Below the pieces are notes generated by a model that was given only the letters and a program-made list of their open reading frames with translations, did not search any database and had not been told where the DNA came from. Below are positions 39,730 through 49,295 of a stretch of 64,000 bases of DNA, piece by piece. Each line of letters opens with the position of its first letter. Position 1 is the first letter of the stretch. The stretch covers positions 2,944,001 to 3,008,000 of the forward strand of contig OZ242311.1 of NCBI GenBank assembly GCA_965207885.1. The letters run 5' to 3'. The stretch is from Candidatus Latescibacterota bacterium (GTDB lineage: Bacteria > Latescibacterota > UBA2968). The position numbers and the translations under genes were made by a program.

Positions 39730-40845
39730 ATGAAAGCATTTGATTTTTATCCCACTGCGCGCGTGGTGTTTGGGGAGGGCACACTCGCGCAATTGGGGAA
39801 ATTATCAAAAGAGTTGGGCGGTAGCCGTATTCTTTTTGTGACCGATCCAGGGATTGTAAGTGCCGGGCTTGCAGACCGTGCGATTGCGGTGCTTCAACGC
39901 GCTTCCCTGGATTTTTTTGTGTTTGATAGAGTGGGCGAAAATCCCACGACCGCGCATATAGAGGCCGGTGTCGCGTTTGCAAAAGCGCGTGAAAATATTG
40001 ATCTGATTGTCGGGATGGGCGGGGGTAGCGCGATGGATTGCGCCAAGGGGATCAATTTTATCCTGACCAACGGCGGACAGATGGCAGATTATTGGGGTAT
40101 GGGCCATGCGGCAAAACCCATGTTGCCCTCTATCGGGATTCCAACGACTGCGGGTACTGGAAGCGAAGCGCAGTCCTACGCGCTTATTTCCGATGCAAAA
40201 ACGCATGCCAAGATGGCCTGTGGCGACCTAAAAGCGCGATTTCGAAGTGTTATTCTCGATCCGTCACTGGTTGAAAGTGCGCCGAAAGATGTCGCAGCAG
40301 CAGCGGGTATAGATGCCATCGCCCATGCCATTGAAAGTTATGTTTGTACGAGTCGTAATGTCATTTCTATGATGTTCGCACAAAAGGCGTGGCAGTTGCT
40401 TTCATCGAGTTTTGAAAGCGTGCTGAGGGATGCTTCCGATAGCGAAGCGAGAAGTAAAATGCTTTTGGGCGCGCACCTTGCCGGCGCGGCTATTGAGAAT
40501 GCTATGCTGGGTGCAGCCCATGCGTGTGCCAATCCATTGACCGCGCATTTTGGTATTACACATGGCGTTGCTGTGGCACTTATGCTGCCCGCTGTCGTCC
40601 AATTTAATGGAGAAACCGCAGGCACGCGCTATCGTGGACTCGGATCCGATGTTGATGAACTCGTCGAGCAGATCGCTTTTTTGAAAGAATGTGCGAATCT
40701 GCCTTCTCGATTGCGCGATCTCGGTGTATCGCGTGACAGCCTCCCCATGCTGGCAAAAGATGCCACTGAACAATGGACAGGTACTTTTAATCCGAGGCCC
40801 GTGGATGAAGATAATTTTCTCGCGCTTTACGAATCTGTGTATTGA
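39730..40845 (+). CDS. Iron-containing alcohol dehydrogenase
   Basis: GGGSAMD, IPTTAGTGSE, DAIAHAIES, HACA..L, HGVAVA. Confidence 0.92.
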   Translation: MKAFDFYPTARVVFGEGTLAQLGKLSKELGGSRILFVTDPGIVSAGLADRAIAVLQRASLDFFVFDRVGENPTTAHIEAGVAFAKARENIDLIVGMGGGSAMDCAKGINFILTNGGQMADYWGMGHAAKPMLPSIGIPTTAGTGSEAQSYALISDAKTHAKMACGDLKARFRSVILDPSLVESAPKDVAAAAGIDAIAHAIESYVCTSRNVISMMFAQKAWQLLSSSFESVLRDASDSEARSKMLLGAHLAGAAIENAMLGAAHACANPLTAHFGITHGVAVALMLPAVVQFNGETAGTRYRGLGSDVDELVEQIAFLKECANLPSRLRDLGVSRDSLPMLAKDATEQWTGTFNPRPVDEDNFLALYESVY

Positions 40846-40851
40846 TACGCA

Positions 40852-41952
40852 ATGAGAGTGCTTCTTTTTTTTCTTATCTTTTATTTATTTTTAATTCCCG
40901 TCCATGCAGAAGAATGGAGCCGATTCCGCGGGGATGCACAATCTACGGGTGTTGCAAATAGTAGCTTGCCCGCTGAGCTGGATGTGTTGTGGACGACACA
41001 GATCGAAATAGGGATTGAATCCACCGCCGCAATTTGGCAAGACGCGGTGTATGTGGGCGGGTTGGACGAAAAGCTGTACGCTTTTGATTTTGATAGTGGT
41101 GCGATCAAGTGGACGTATTCGGCTACGGGTGAGATCAAATCGTCGCCATTGGTTTTTGAAAAAACCGTATTTTTCGGGGATGGCAATGGCGTTTTTCACG
41201 CTGTTGATGCACAGACAGGTAACGCACTTTGGACGTTTCAAACGGATGGGGAGATTATCTCGTCGGCAAATGCGACCGGGGGCAGCGTCCTGTTTGGGTC
41301 TTATGATCAGTTCTTATACTGCCTCGCGCCGGACGACGGGTCTTTACTGTGGAAAATAGAAACGGATGGTTATGTTCACGGTATGCCGGCTATCGCACAA
41401 ACGCATACGCTGATCGCGGGGTGTGATGGTCTCTTGCGCGTTATCGATATTGCCAGTGGAAAAGAACAATCGCAAATTGAACTCGGTGCTTATGTGGGGG
41501 CCAGTGCCGCCGTTCATCAGACGCGCGCTTATGTGGGGACTTATGAGAGCCAGGTTTTGTGCATTGATTTAAATGCAAAAGAGATTGTCTGGAGATACGA
41601 ACACCCGCAGCGGAAATTTCCCTATTTCGCATCGCCATCTACGACTCCTGAACGGGTTATTGTTGCGGGGCGCGACAAGATGGTTCACGCGCTTGATCCC
41701 GATACGGGGGATATTTTGTGGACCTACACATCCCGCTCTCGATTTGAAGCGTCTCCCGTTGTGGTGGGAGATCGCGTTTTTGCAGGTACAATGGATGGAA
41801 AAATTGTGGCGTTAAATCTCGAGACTGGAGAATCCGATTGGGAATTTGTAACCGGATCGGGATTTATTGCTTCGCCCAGTGTGGCGCGCAAGCGGCTGAT
41901 TATTGGCACAACAGATGGGACGTTATATTGTTTTGGAAAGGCGGAAGAATGA
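40852..41952 (+). CDS. Exported PQQ-like beta-propeller protein
   Basis: Signal peptide, WSRFRGD..STG, regular SSP...G.....A.D..TG...W blades. Confidence 0.87.
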   Translation: MRVLLFFLIFYLFLIPVHAEEWSRFRGDAQSTGVANSSLPAELDVLWTTQIEIGIESTAAIWQDAVYVGGLDEKLYAFDFDSGAIKWTYSATGEIKSSPLVFEKTVFFGDGNGVFHAVDAQTGNALWTFQTDGEIISSANATGGSVLFGSYDQFLYCLAPDDGSLLWKIETDGYVHGMPAIAQTHTLIAGCDGLLRVIDIASGKEQSQIELGAYVGASAAVHQTRAYVGTYESQVLCIDLNAKEIVWRYEHPQRKFPYFASPSTTPERVIVAGRDKMVHALDPDTGDILWTYTSRSRFEASPVVVGDRVFAGTMDGKIVALNLETGESDWEFVTGSGFIASPSVARKRLIIGTTDGTLYCFGKAEE

Positions 41953-43295
41953 GCGAGCAAATTCAGATTCCAGAGCCAGCGACAACCCGCAAAGTGTGGA
42001 AGGAGACAGATGTTGGTAGCGTGTTTGTTTCCAATTATCCGCCTTACTCTTTCTGGCGCGATGAAAATACGGCGCGCATTGAAGAGATGTTACACACATC
42101 TGATTCGGGGGATAGAGAAGTTCCTATGGGCCTTTACCTGCATATTCCATTTTGCCGAAAACGGTGTAAGTTCTGTTATTTTCGGGTTTATACAGATCGA
42201 AATAGTACGGAAATTCAGACGTATTTGGATGCCCTGGCAAAAGAAGTGGAAACTTATAGCGCATTGCCGCGTATTGCTGGGCGAAAATTGCACTTCGTTT
42301 ATTTTGGCGGTGGCACGCCGTCTTATATTAGTGTCAAACACTTGAAGGTATTGGTTGACCGGGTCAAGGCTGTGATGCCATGGGATGATGCGGAAGAAGT
42401 GGCATTTGAATGCGAACCGGGTACGCTGTCAAAATCCAAAGTCGAGGCTATTCGAGAGATTGGCGTCACGCGCTTGAGCCTGGGATTGGAGAATTTAAAC
42501 GACGGTATATTGCAGGAGAATGGTCGCGCACACGTCAGCAAAGAAATTTACAGGGCTATGCCGTGGGTCAAGGCCCAGGAATTTGCACAGGTCAATGTAG
42601 ATTTAATCTCCGGTATGGTCGGGGAGACGTGGGAGACGTGGCGAGATACGGTGCAGGGCACCATTGATCTCGACGCGGATAGCGTCACTATTTATCAGAT
42701 GGAATTGCCGTTTAATACGACGTATTCAAAAGCGATACGCGATGGGGGAGGTTTGCAGGTCGCAGATTGGGCTACCAAGCGCGCCTGGCACAATTACGCG
42801 ATTGAAGAGTTTGTCAGAGCGGGCTATGAAACATCGAGTGCTTATACACTGGTGAAAAAAGGTCGCCTGAACAAATTCATCTATCGAGATGCCCTGTGGC
42901 GCAGTGCAGATCTCATCGGTTCGGGTGTGGCTTCTTTTTCTCATGTGGGTGGCATGCATTTTCAAAACCAGACGCACTGGGATCCCTATATCGAAACTAT
43001 TGACAAAGGACAACTTCCGATCAATCGATCTTTTGTGCCCACAAAAGACGAGCGGCTGATCAGAGAGATGATTTTGCAACTCAAGCTCGGGCGGATTGAA
43101 ACAGCGTATTTTCAGGATAAATTTGGTGTCAATATTTTGCAGCAATTTGGTGATGCCTATCAGAAGCTCAGGGAATACGAGATGCTGGATTTCGATTCGC
43201 AGAGTATCACTCTGAGCCGGGAGGGACTTTTGCGCGTCGATCAGTTGCTGCCCGAATTTTACCACGAAAAATATCGCAATTCGCGCTATACATGA
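41949..43295 (+). CDS. HemN-like radical SAM enzyme
   Basis: LYLHIPFCRKRCKFC (CxxxCxxC), YFGGGTPS, RLSLG, VDLISG; overlaps the previous stop (ATGA). Confidence 0.88.
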   Translation: MSEQIQIPEPATTRKVWKETDVGSVFVSNYPPYSFWRDENTARIEEMLHTSDSGDREVPMGLYLHIPFCRKRCKFCYFRVYTDRNSTEIQTYLDALAKEVETYSALPRIAGRKLHFVYFGGGTPSYISVKHLKVLVDRVKAVMPWDDAEEVAFECEPGTLSKSKVEAIREIGVTRLSLGLENLNDGILQENGRAHVSKEIYRAMPWVKAQEFAQVNVDLISGMVGETWETWRDTVQGTIDLDADSVTIYQMELPFNTTYSKAIRDGGGLQVADWATKRAWHNYAIEEFVRAGYETSSAYTLVKKGRLNKFIYRDALWRSADLIGSGVASFSHVGGMHFQNQTHWDPYIETIDKGQLPINRSFVPTKDERLIREMILQLKLGRIETAYFQDKFGVNILQQFGDAYQKLREYEMLDFDSQSITLSREGLLRVDQLLPEFYHEKYRNSRYT

Positions 43296-43325
43296 GTGAT
43301 CACTACCACTAACTATGGGGGATAT

Positions 43326-44567
43326 ATGATATACAGGTATTATTTTTTACTCGCTGTTGTGCTGTGCTTTTCTTCCGCACATGCGGATTGGCCCCAATGG
43401 TTGGGACCCAACCGAACGGGTATTTCTTCTGAAACGGGGTTGTTGACAACCTGGGCAAAAGATGGTCCAACGGTTGTGTGGGAAAAAGAACTCGGAGAGG
43501 GGTTTTCCGGTATCTCGGTCGCAGAGGGACGGGTCTATACTATGTTCTCTGCCGGTGAAGATGAATTTGCCGTTTGCCTCGATGAAAAAACGGGTGAGGA
43601 AATATGGCGTTTCAGGACCGGTGCCAAATACTATGAGCGGCAAGGTGGAAATGGTCCTCGTTCTCAGCCCACTCTGGATGGCGATCGGGTTTTTGTGCTC
43701 AGTGCCGAAGGCTGGTTGTACGCGCTCAATGCAAAAGATGGCAAAAAACTTTGGCTGGTCGATCTCTACGATGGATTGGGCAGTCGCGTGCCAAAATTTG
43801 GTTTTTCGACATCGCCGCTGGTCGAAGGCGATTTGTTGCTCTTAGAAGTGGGCACACGGCAGGGGACATTTATCGCTTTGGATAAGACAAATGGCGCTGT
43901 CAAGTGGGCGTCTCAACGAGATGTCGTGTCTTATTCATCGCCTATTGCTGTAGATATTGCGGGTATTCGCCAGGTGGTTTTTGTTTCGGGCGAGGCCGCG
44001 GTTGGGCTTTCTCCCGCGGATGGCTCGCTCTACTGGCGATTTCCCTGGTACACATCTTATGATTTGAATGTTGCTACGCCAATTTTAGTGCCTCCAGATC
44101 GCATATTTATTTCTTCGGGTTATGACCACGGGGCAGCTCTGTTGCAAATATCCCAAGAGGGAGATGGTCTGGGCGTTAAAAAGGTGTGGGAAAGCCGCGG
44201 CATGAAAAACCATTTTGGAACATCGCTCCTGATCGGCGACTATATCTACGGTTTTGACAATGCAATTTTGAAATGTATTGAAGCAGAGACTGGCAAGGAG
44301 CAGTGGAAACGCCGGGGGTATGGCAAAGGGACGCTTATTTATGCCGATGGACAGTTGATCATTTTGAGCGATAAAGGCAAACTCGCATTGGCAGATGCAT
44401 CGCCTACGGGTTTTCGGGAAAAGGTCAGTGCGCAAGTGCTTTCGGGCAAATGCTGGACACCACCAACACTTGCCAATGGCAAAATTTTTGTGCGCGATAT
44501 GCATAGGATTGTATGCATGGATGTATCGGGCACGCAGGCGAAACCTGCGGACACGGAGAGCGAATAA
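43326..44567 (+). CDS. Exported PQQ-like beta-propeller protein
   Basis: Signal peptide, DWPQWLGPNRTG, GPRSQP, SYSSP, WTPP. Confidence 0.87.
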   Translation: MIYRYYFLLAVVLCFSSAHADWPQWLGPNRTGISSETGLLTTWAKDGPTVVWEKELGEGFSGISVAEGRVYTMFSAGEDEFAVCLDEKTGEEIWRFRTGAKYYERQGGNGPRSQPTLDGDRVFVLSAEGWLYALNAKDGKKLWLVDLYDGLGSRVPKFGFSTSPLVEGDLLLLEVGTRQGTFIALDKTNGAVKWASQRDVVSYSSPIAVDIAGIRQVVFVSGEAAVGLSPADGSLYWRFPWYTSYDLNVATPILVPPDRIFISSGYDHGAALLQISQEGDGLGVKKVWESRGMKNHFGTSLLIGDYIYGFDNAILKCIEAETGKEQWKRRGYGKGTLIYADGQLIILSDKGKLALADASPTGFREKVSAQVLSGKCWTPPTLANGKIFVRDMHRIVCMDVSGTQAKPADTESE

Positions 44568-44611
44568 TAGTCGGAAGAGGCCGGGGGACAACCGATAATC
44601 GGAGAATTGCT

Positions 44612-46726
44612 ATGCGTTATTTTCGACAGCTTTTGATTTTTGTCTGTATTCTGGGCCTGACGAGTAATCTTATTTTTGCGCAAAATACAGAAGAGGAGGA
44701 GAAGAAGGAAGAACTGCCCGTTTATGCGGGGGAAGAGATCGTGGTGACGGAGAGCAAGGAAAAAGTGCCTACCGTGAGCACTATCGCGACCAAGGTCCCC
44801 GTCCCAATCCGTTTGACACCGGCGAGTATCGGTGTAGTTAATCACGGGTTATTTCAACATCAAAGCGGCGTGGTTTTGGGGGATGCACTGCGGAATGTGA
44901 GCGGGGTCAATATTCAGACCGTATTTGGCGTTACGGATTTCTTCGTCATTCGCGGGTTCGATTCGCTTTCCAGCGGGCTGGTGCTCACCGATGGCGCATC
45001 GGATCCAGAAGCCACGTTTTACAATCTTTACAATCTGGAGCGCGTAGAGGTGCTCAAGGGGCCGGGGGCATTTTTATACGGGGGCAATCCGCTTTCTGGA
45101 TCGGTGAATCTGAATCGCAAACAACCGATTTTTACAAATGCGTTCCAGGTCGGGGGTTCTTACGGTCCGTACAAGACAGGACGAGGAACAGTAGATGCAA
45201 ATTGGGCGGATGTCGATCAGGGTATTGCTTTGCGCGTCAATGCACTACGGCAGGTATCTGATAGCTATCGAGACGATAAAGACAGCGGCTTGTGGGCTGT
45301 AAATCCCGCGGTGACATGGCGGCCCAGTGACAAAACCACAGTGACCGCCAATTTTGAATATGTCACCAGCAGGTACAAATCGGATTCAGGCCTGCCCATT
45401 ATTAATGAGGCGGTCGCAGATGTGCCGCGCACACAATCGTATCAATCGCCTTTTGATGCGTCAGATCAAGATATTTATCGGGCGCGCGTCGATCTTCAGT
45501 CGCGCTTATCGCAGCGGGTTACGCTTCGCAACAAGCTCTATTATACCGATTTTTCATGGGTGTCTCAGGGCACATTGTTCAACGGCGTTTTCCCCAATGC
45601 CCAGGGTAGTCTAGACATCTTGCGCTCACTTGTTCTATTGGACGACCATCAGAAAGTGTTGGGCAATCAGTTTGAACTGCTTTCTACATTCCGCACGGGC
45701 CACGTAGAACACACACTGCTTACCGGACTGGAACTGATGCAGTGGAGAGACAAATTTACCTTAGATGTGGCTGCTTTGCCCAATATCGACGTGTTCAACC
45801 CCGTGGAAACCGCGAGCCAACCTTATTTTTATATTCCAGGGCAATCGCAGGGAGCAGATTCAAAAAGCCGCGTTGTTGCGCCCTATGTCGTGGATCGCAT
45901 TGTCTTTTGTCCATGTTATCAGGCATTTGTAGGTGTGCGATATGACCGTATTGATTACGATGATCCCGTGACTTCCACGACGCGCAATTACAACAAACTG
46001 AGTCCTATGGCTGGCATGGTGTTTTCGCTTAAGGAGGATCTTTCGTTTTACGCCAATGCGGGTAAAGCATTTGCGCCTCCTTCGAGCCTGGTCGCAGGTC
46101 CGCGAGAAACAGAAGAGAGTTTCCAGATGGAAGTGGGCGCGAAAAAATACCTGTTGGATAACCGCCTGCACGCGAGCCTTGCAGTTTATCATTTGACAAA
46201 AAACAATATTGGCATTCCCGATGCAACAGGCGTTACAAAACAAGATGGGGATCAGAGGTCTCGCGGTCTTGAGCTTGAAGTGATGATGCGCCCCGTGAGA
46301 AATTGGCACACATTTTTGTCCTACTCATTTTCCGATGCCACACTCACACGCTTTGCCGAATTTGTTCCCGTGTTTACGCAAACGGGTATTACATACCAGC
46401 TTATGGATCGTTCGGGAAATAGGGCGGCTTTTTCGCCGCGTCATATTTTTAATGTGTGGACGGCGAGAGGATTTGACAACGGATTGGAATTTGGGATTGG
46501 CGCGCGCTATGTTGCCAGCCAGTTTATTGCCGAAGACAATCAATTTCAGATTGGGAATGTGCTGACGCTGGATGCCTCGGTGTCTTATGCGTACAGGCTG
46601 ATAAAATTTCGCATTAACGCCAAAAATTTGACCAATCAGGAATACGAAACGCGCGGCTTTGGCTCCGCTTCAATTATTCCGGCCAATCCTTTTGGCCTGT
46701 ACTGTGCTTTTGAAGTCAATATTTGA
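44612..46726 (+). CDS. TonB-dependent outer-membrane receptor
   Basis: Signal peptide, EEIVVT TonB box, ERVEVLKGP.AFLYG, RSRGLELE, KNLTNQEY. Confidence 0.9.
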   Translation: MRYFRQLLIFVCILGLTSNLIFAQNTEEEEKKEELPVYAGEEIVVTESKEKVPTVSTIATKVPVPIRLTPASIGVVNHGLFQHQSGVVLGDALRNVSGVNIQTVFGVTDFFVIRGFDSLSSGLVLTDGASDPEATFYNLYNLERVEVLKGPGAFLYGGNPLSGSVNLNRKQPIFTNAFQVGGSYGPYKTGRGTVDANWADVDQGIALRVNALRQVSDSYRDDKDSGLWAVNPAVTWRPSDKTTVTANFEYVTSRYKSDSGLPIINEAVADVPRTQSYQSPFDASDQDIYRARVDLQSRLSQRVTLRNKLYYTDFSWVSQGTLFNGVFPNAQGSLDILRSLVLLDDHQKVLGNQFELLSTFRTGHVEHTLLTGLELMQWRDKFTLDVAALPNIDVFNPVETASQPYFYIPGQSQGADSKSRVVAPYVVDRIVFCPCYQAFVGVRYDRIDYDDPVTSTTRNYNKLSPMAGMVFSLKEDLSFYANAGKAFAPPSSLVAGPRETEESFQMEVGAKKYLLDNRLHASLAVYHLTKNNIGIPDATGVTKQDGDQRSRGLELEVMMRPVRNWHTFLSYSFSDATLTRFAEFVPVFTQTGITYQLMDRSGNRAAFSPRHIFNVWTARGFDNGLEFGIGARYVASQFIAEDNQFQIGNVLTLDASVSYAYRLIKFRINAKNLTNQEYETRGFGSASIIPANPFGLYCAFEVNI

Positions 46727-46729
46727 ACT

Positions 46730-48001
46730 ATGCCTGACTTGACCCCAGATCGAAATGCGCTTTGGCAGCGGCAGTTGAAGCGGTTGCGAGGTATGCTGTC
46801 TTCAGTGCTGAATAGCAATGATTTTTATCGCAATAAGTTGAATCGAGCGGGTATTTATCGACCCGAGGATATTCAGACGCGCGATGATTACAGGCGATTG
46901 CCCTTCACGACCAAAGAGGAATTATCGGCAGATCAGATGGCGTATCCCCCTTATGGCAGTAATCTGACGTTTCCGCCAGATCACTATGTTCGCGTCCATC
47001 AAACATCGGGGACTACGGGAGACCCTTTGAACTGGTTGGATACGGTAGAGAGTTGGGATTGGTTTGCGCGCTGCTGGACTTATGTGTATCGCGGGGCGGG
47101 CGTGACGGCAAATGACAGACTGTTTTTTGCCTTTTCCTTTGGCCCTTTTATCGGATTCTGGACCGGGCATGAGAGCGCACGTTTAATGGGTGCGATGTCC
47201 ATCTCCGGTGGGTCTATGTCCACAATTCAGCGTTTGCAGGCGATCCAGGATCATCGGGTTACTGTTCTGATCTGTACGCCGACGTATGCCCTGCATCTGG
47301 CAGAGGTGGCTGAGGCCGAAGGTTTTGATATTGCAGGTGGGAGTGTTCAGACTACAATTCACGCAGGCGAACCCGGCGCGGGGTTGCCTGCGACCAGACG
47401 ACGCATTGAGCAGGCCTGGGGAGCGCGTTGTTATGACCACGCCGGAGCGACTGAGGTGGGTGCGTGGGGATTTGAATGTGCGTTTCGAGATGGCATGCAT
47501 ATCAACGAAGCCGAATTTATTTGCGAAGTGATTGATCCCGATACGGGCGAACAAGCGAGGGAGGGGGAGTTGGTGCTTACCAATTTGGGACGCGCTGGCA
47601 TGCCCGTTATCCGCTATCGCACGGGAGATCGCGTAAAGCTGAATGCAGAAATCTGTGGTTGCGGTTCGAGTTTCTCGCGTCTGGAAGGGGGCGTGATTGG
47701 ACGTATCGACGATGCGTTGATTATCCGCGGCGTCAATTTTTATCCCAGCGCGATTGAAAATATCGTGCGGGGATTTCCCGAAGTGACAGAGTTTGCGGTA
47801 GATATTTATCGACAACGCGAAATGGACGATATGAAAATTCGCATCGAATTAAATGGCGGAGAGGCGGGTGCAATTTCCGATGCGATAGGTAGAGAGGTGC
47901 GACATATTCTGGGCATACGCGCCAGTGTTCAAACCGTGCCACACAATACGTTGCCGAGATTTGAACTTAAAGCGAGACGGTTTACAGATCATCGAGTTTA
48001 A
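46730..48001 (+). CDS. Phenylacetate-CoA ligase (PaaK)-family protein
   Basis: LPFTTK, HQTSGTTG, AGEPG, HAGATE, RYRTGD, GRIDD, RGVN.YP. Confidence 0.88.
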   Translation: MPDLTPDRNALWQRQLKRLRGMLSSVLNSNDFYRNKLNRAGIYRPEDIQTRDDYRRLPFTTKEELSADQMAYPPYGSNLTFPPDHYVRVHQTSGTTGDPLNWLDTVESWDWFARCWTYVYRGAGVTANDRLFFAFSFGPFIGFWTGHESARLMGAMSISGGSMSTIQRLQAIQDHRVTVLICTPTYALHLAEVAEAEGFDIAGGSVQTTIHAGEPGAGLPATRRRIEQAWGARCYDHAGATEVGAWGFECAFRDGMHINEAEFICEVIDPDTGEQAREGELVLTNLGRAGMPVIRYRTGDRVKLNAEICGCGSSFSRLEGGVIGRIDDALIIRGVNFYPSAIENIVRGFPEVTEFAVDIYRQREMDDMKIRIELNGGEAGAISDAIGREVRHILGIRASVQTVPHNTLPRFELKARRFTDHRV

Positions 48002-48020
48002 TTTAATAGAAAGCGTTTCT

Positions 48021-49280
48021 ATGATTGCAGATCAATACGATGTTGTTGTTATAGGCGGGGGACCTGCGGGGAGTACGACAGCCGCGCTTGTCGCTGAATA
48101 TGGTCACCGCGTACTGTTGCTGGAGCGGGAGGAGTTTCCCAGGTTCCAGATTGGCGAATCTCTGATGCCGGGTACGTACTGGTCATTCAAACGACTAGGG
48201 CTGCTGGATAAGCTAAAAAAAAGTGAGTTTGTAAAAAAGTACAGCGTTCAGTTTTTCAGCGGATCGGGAAAAGGCTCTGCGCCATTTTATTTTCACTTAC
48301 ACGATCCCCACGAGAGTTCTATCACCTATCAGGTGTTGCGCAGCGAATTTGATCTTATGATGATGGACAATGCCCGTGAGAAAGGTGCCAAAGTTGAGCA
48401 AGGGGCGAGTGTGCATCAGGTGCATTTTAGTGGAGAGCGCGCAACGGGTGTTCAGGTAAGATACCGCGATGGACGGATTCAAGATGTATCTGCCAGTGTC
48501 ATTGTAGATGCGACGGGGCGAAGCGCGCTTATTTCGCGAAGGCTAAAGACCAAGACGATTGAGCCGAAGCTCAAAAAGGCGTCTATTTTCACGCATTACA
48601 AAGGCGCGTTTCGCGATGAGGGTATTGACGAAGGTGCAACGCTGATTTTACATACGCAAGATAAGGACTCCTGGTTCTGGTACATCCCGCTGGCAGATGA
48701 TGTGGTCAGCGTGGGCGTTGTTGGAGGATTGGATTATCTGTTGCAAAACCGCAAGAGAACCCCACAGGAAATTTTCGAAGAAGAGCTGGATAAGTGCATC
48801 CGCATGCAAGAACGGCTCGCCGGGGCAGAGCAGTTATTTCCGATGAAAGTCACGCAGGACTTTTCATACCGATCCAATACTGTCGCGGGTGAGGGATGGG
48901 TGCTAGTGGGCGATGCTTTTGGTTTTATCGATCCCGTTTATTCCTCGGGTGTGTTCCTCGCGCTCAAATCGGGCGAGATGGCCGCCGATGCGATCCACGA
49001 GGCCATTGAAAAACGCGATTTCTCCGCCGAGCAACTCGGCAAATGGGGATCAGAATTTCTTCCGGGCATGGAGGCGATTCGCAAATTGGTCTATGCTTTT
49101 TATACTAAAGATTTCAGTTTTGCCAAATTTTTAAAATCGCATCCGGAATGTATAGATGGCATTATCAATATTTTAAAAGGCAATGTCTATCGCGAGGATG
49201 TCACCCCTATTTTTGAACCTATGGGACAAATGTGCGATCTGCCCGAGACTGTGGATCACTACGCTGAGGTATCTGCTTAA
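48021..49280 (+). CDS. FAD-dependent halogenase-like oxidoreductase
   Basis: GGGPAG, FPRFQIGESL, FVKKYS (conserved Lys), WFWYIP (WxWxIP), GDAFGFIDPVYSSGV. Confidence 0.85.
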   Translation: MIADQYDVVVIGGGPAGSTTAALVAEYGHRVLLLEREEFPRFQIGESLMPGTYWSFKRLGLLDKLKKSEFVKKYSVQFFSGSGKGSAPFYFHLHDPHESSITYQVLRSEFDLMMMDNAREKGAKVEQGASVHQVHFSGERATGVQVRYRDGRIQDVSASVIVDATGRSALISRRLKTKTIEPKLKKASIFTHYKGAFRDEGIDEGATLILHTQDKDSWFWYIPLADDVVSVGVVGGLDYLLQNRKRTPQEIFEEELDKCIRMQERLAGAEQLFPMKVTQDFSYRSNTVAGEGWVLVGDAFGFIDPVYSSGVFLALKSGEMAADAIHEAIEKRDFSAEQLGKWGSEFLPGMEAIRKLVYAFYTKDFSFAKFLKSHPECIDGIINILKGNVYREDVTPIFEPMGQMCDLPETVDHYAEVSA

Positions 49281-49295
49281 ACGGGATTGCTGTAT

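Noticed and set aside
46730-48001. Phenylacetate catabolism (paaK)
   Set aside because: No paaABCDE, paaZ or paaG nearby; context is biosynthetic, so no gene symbol was assigned
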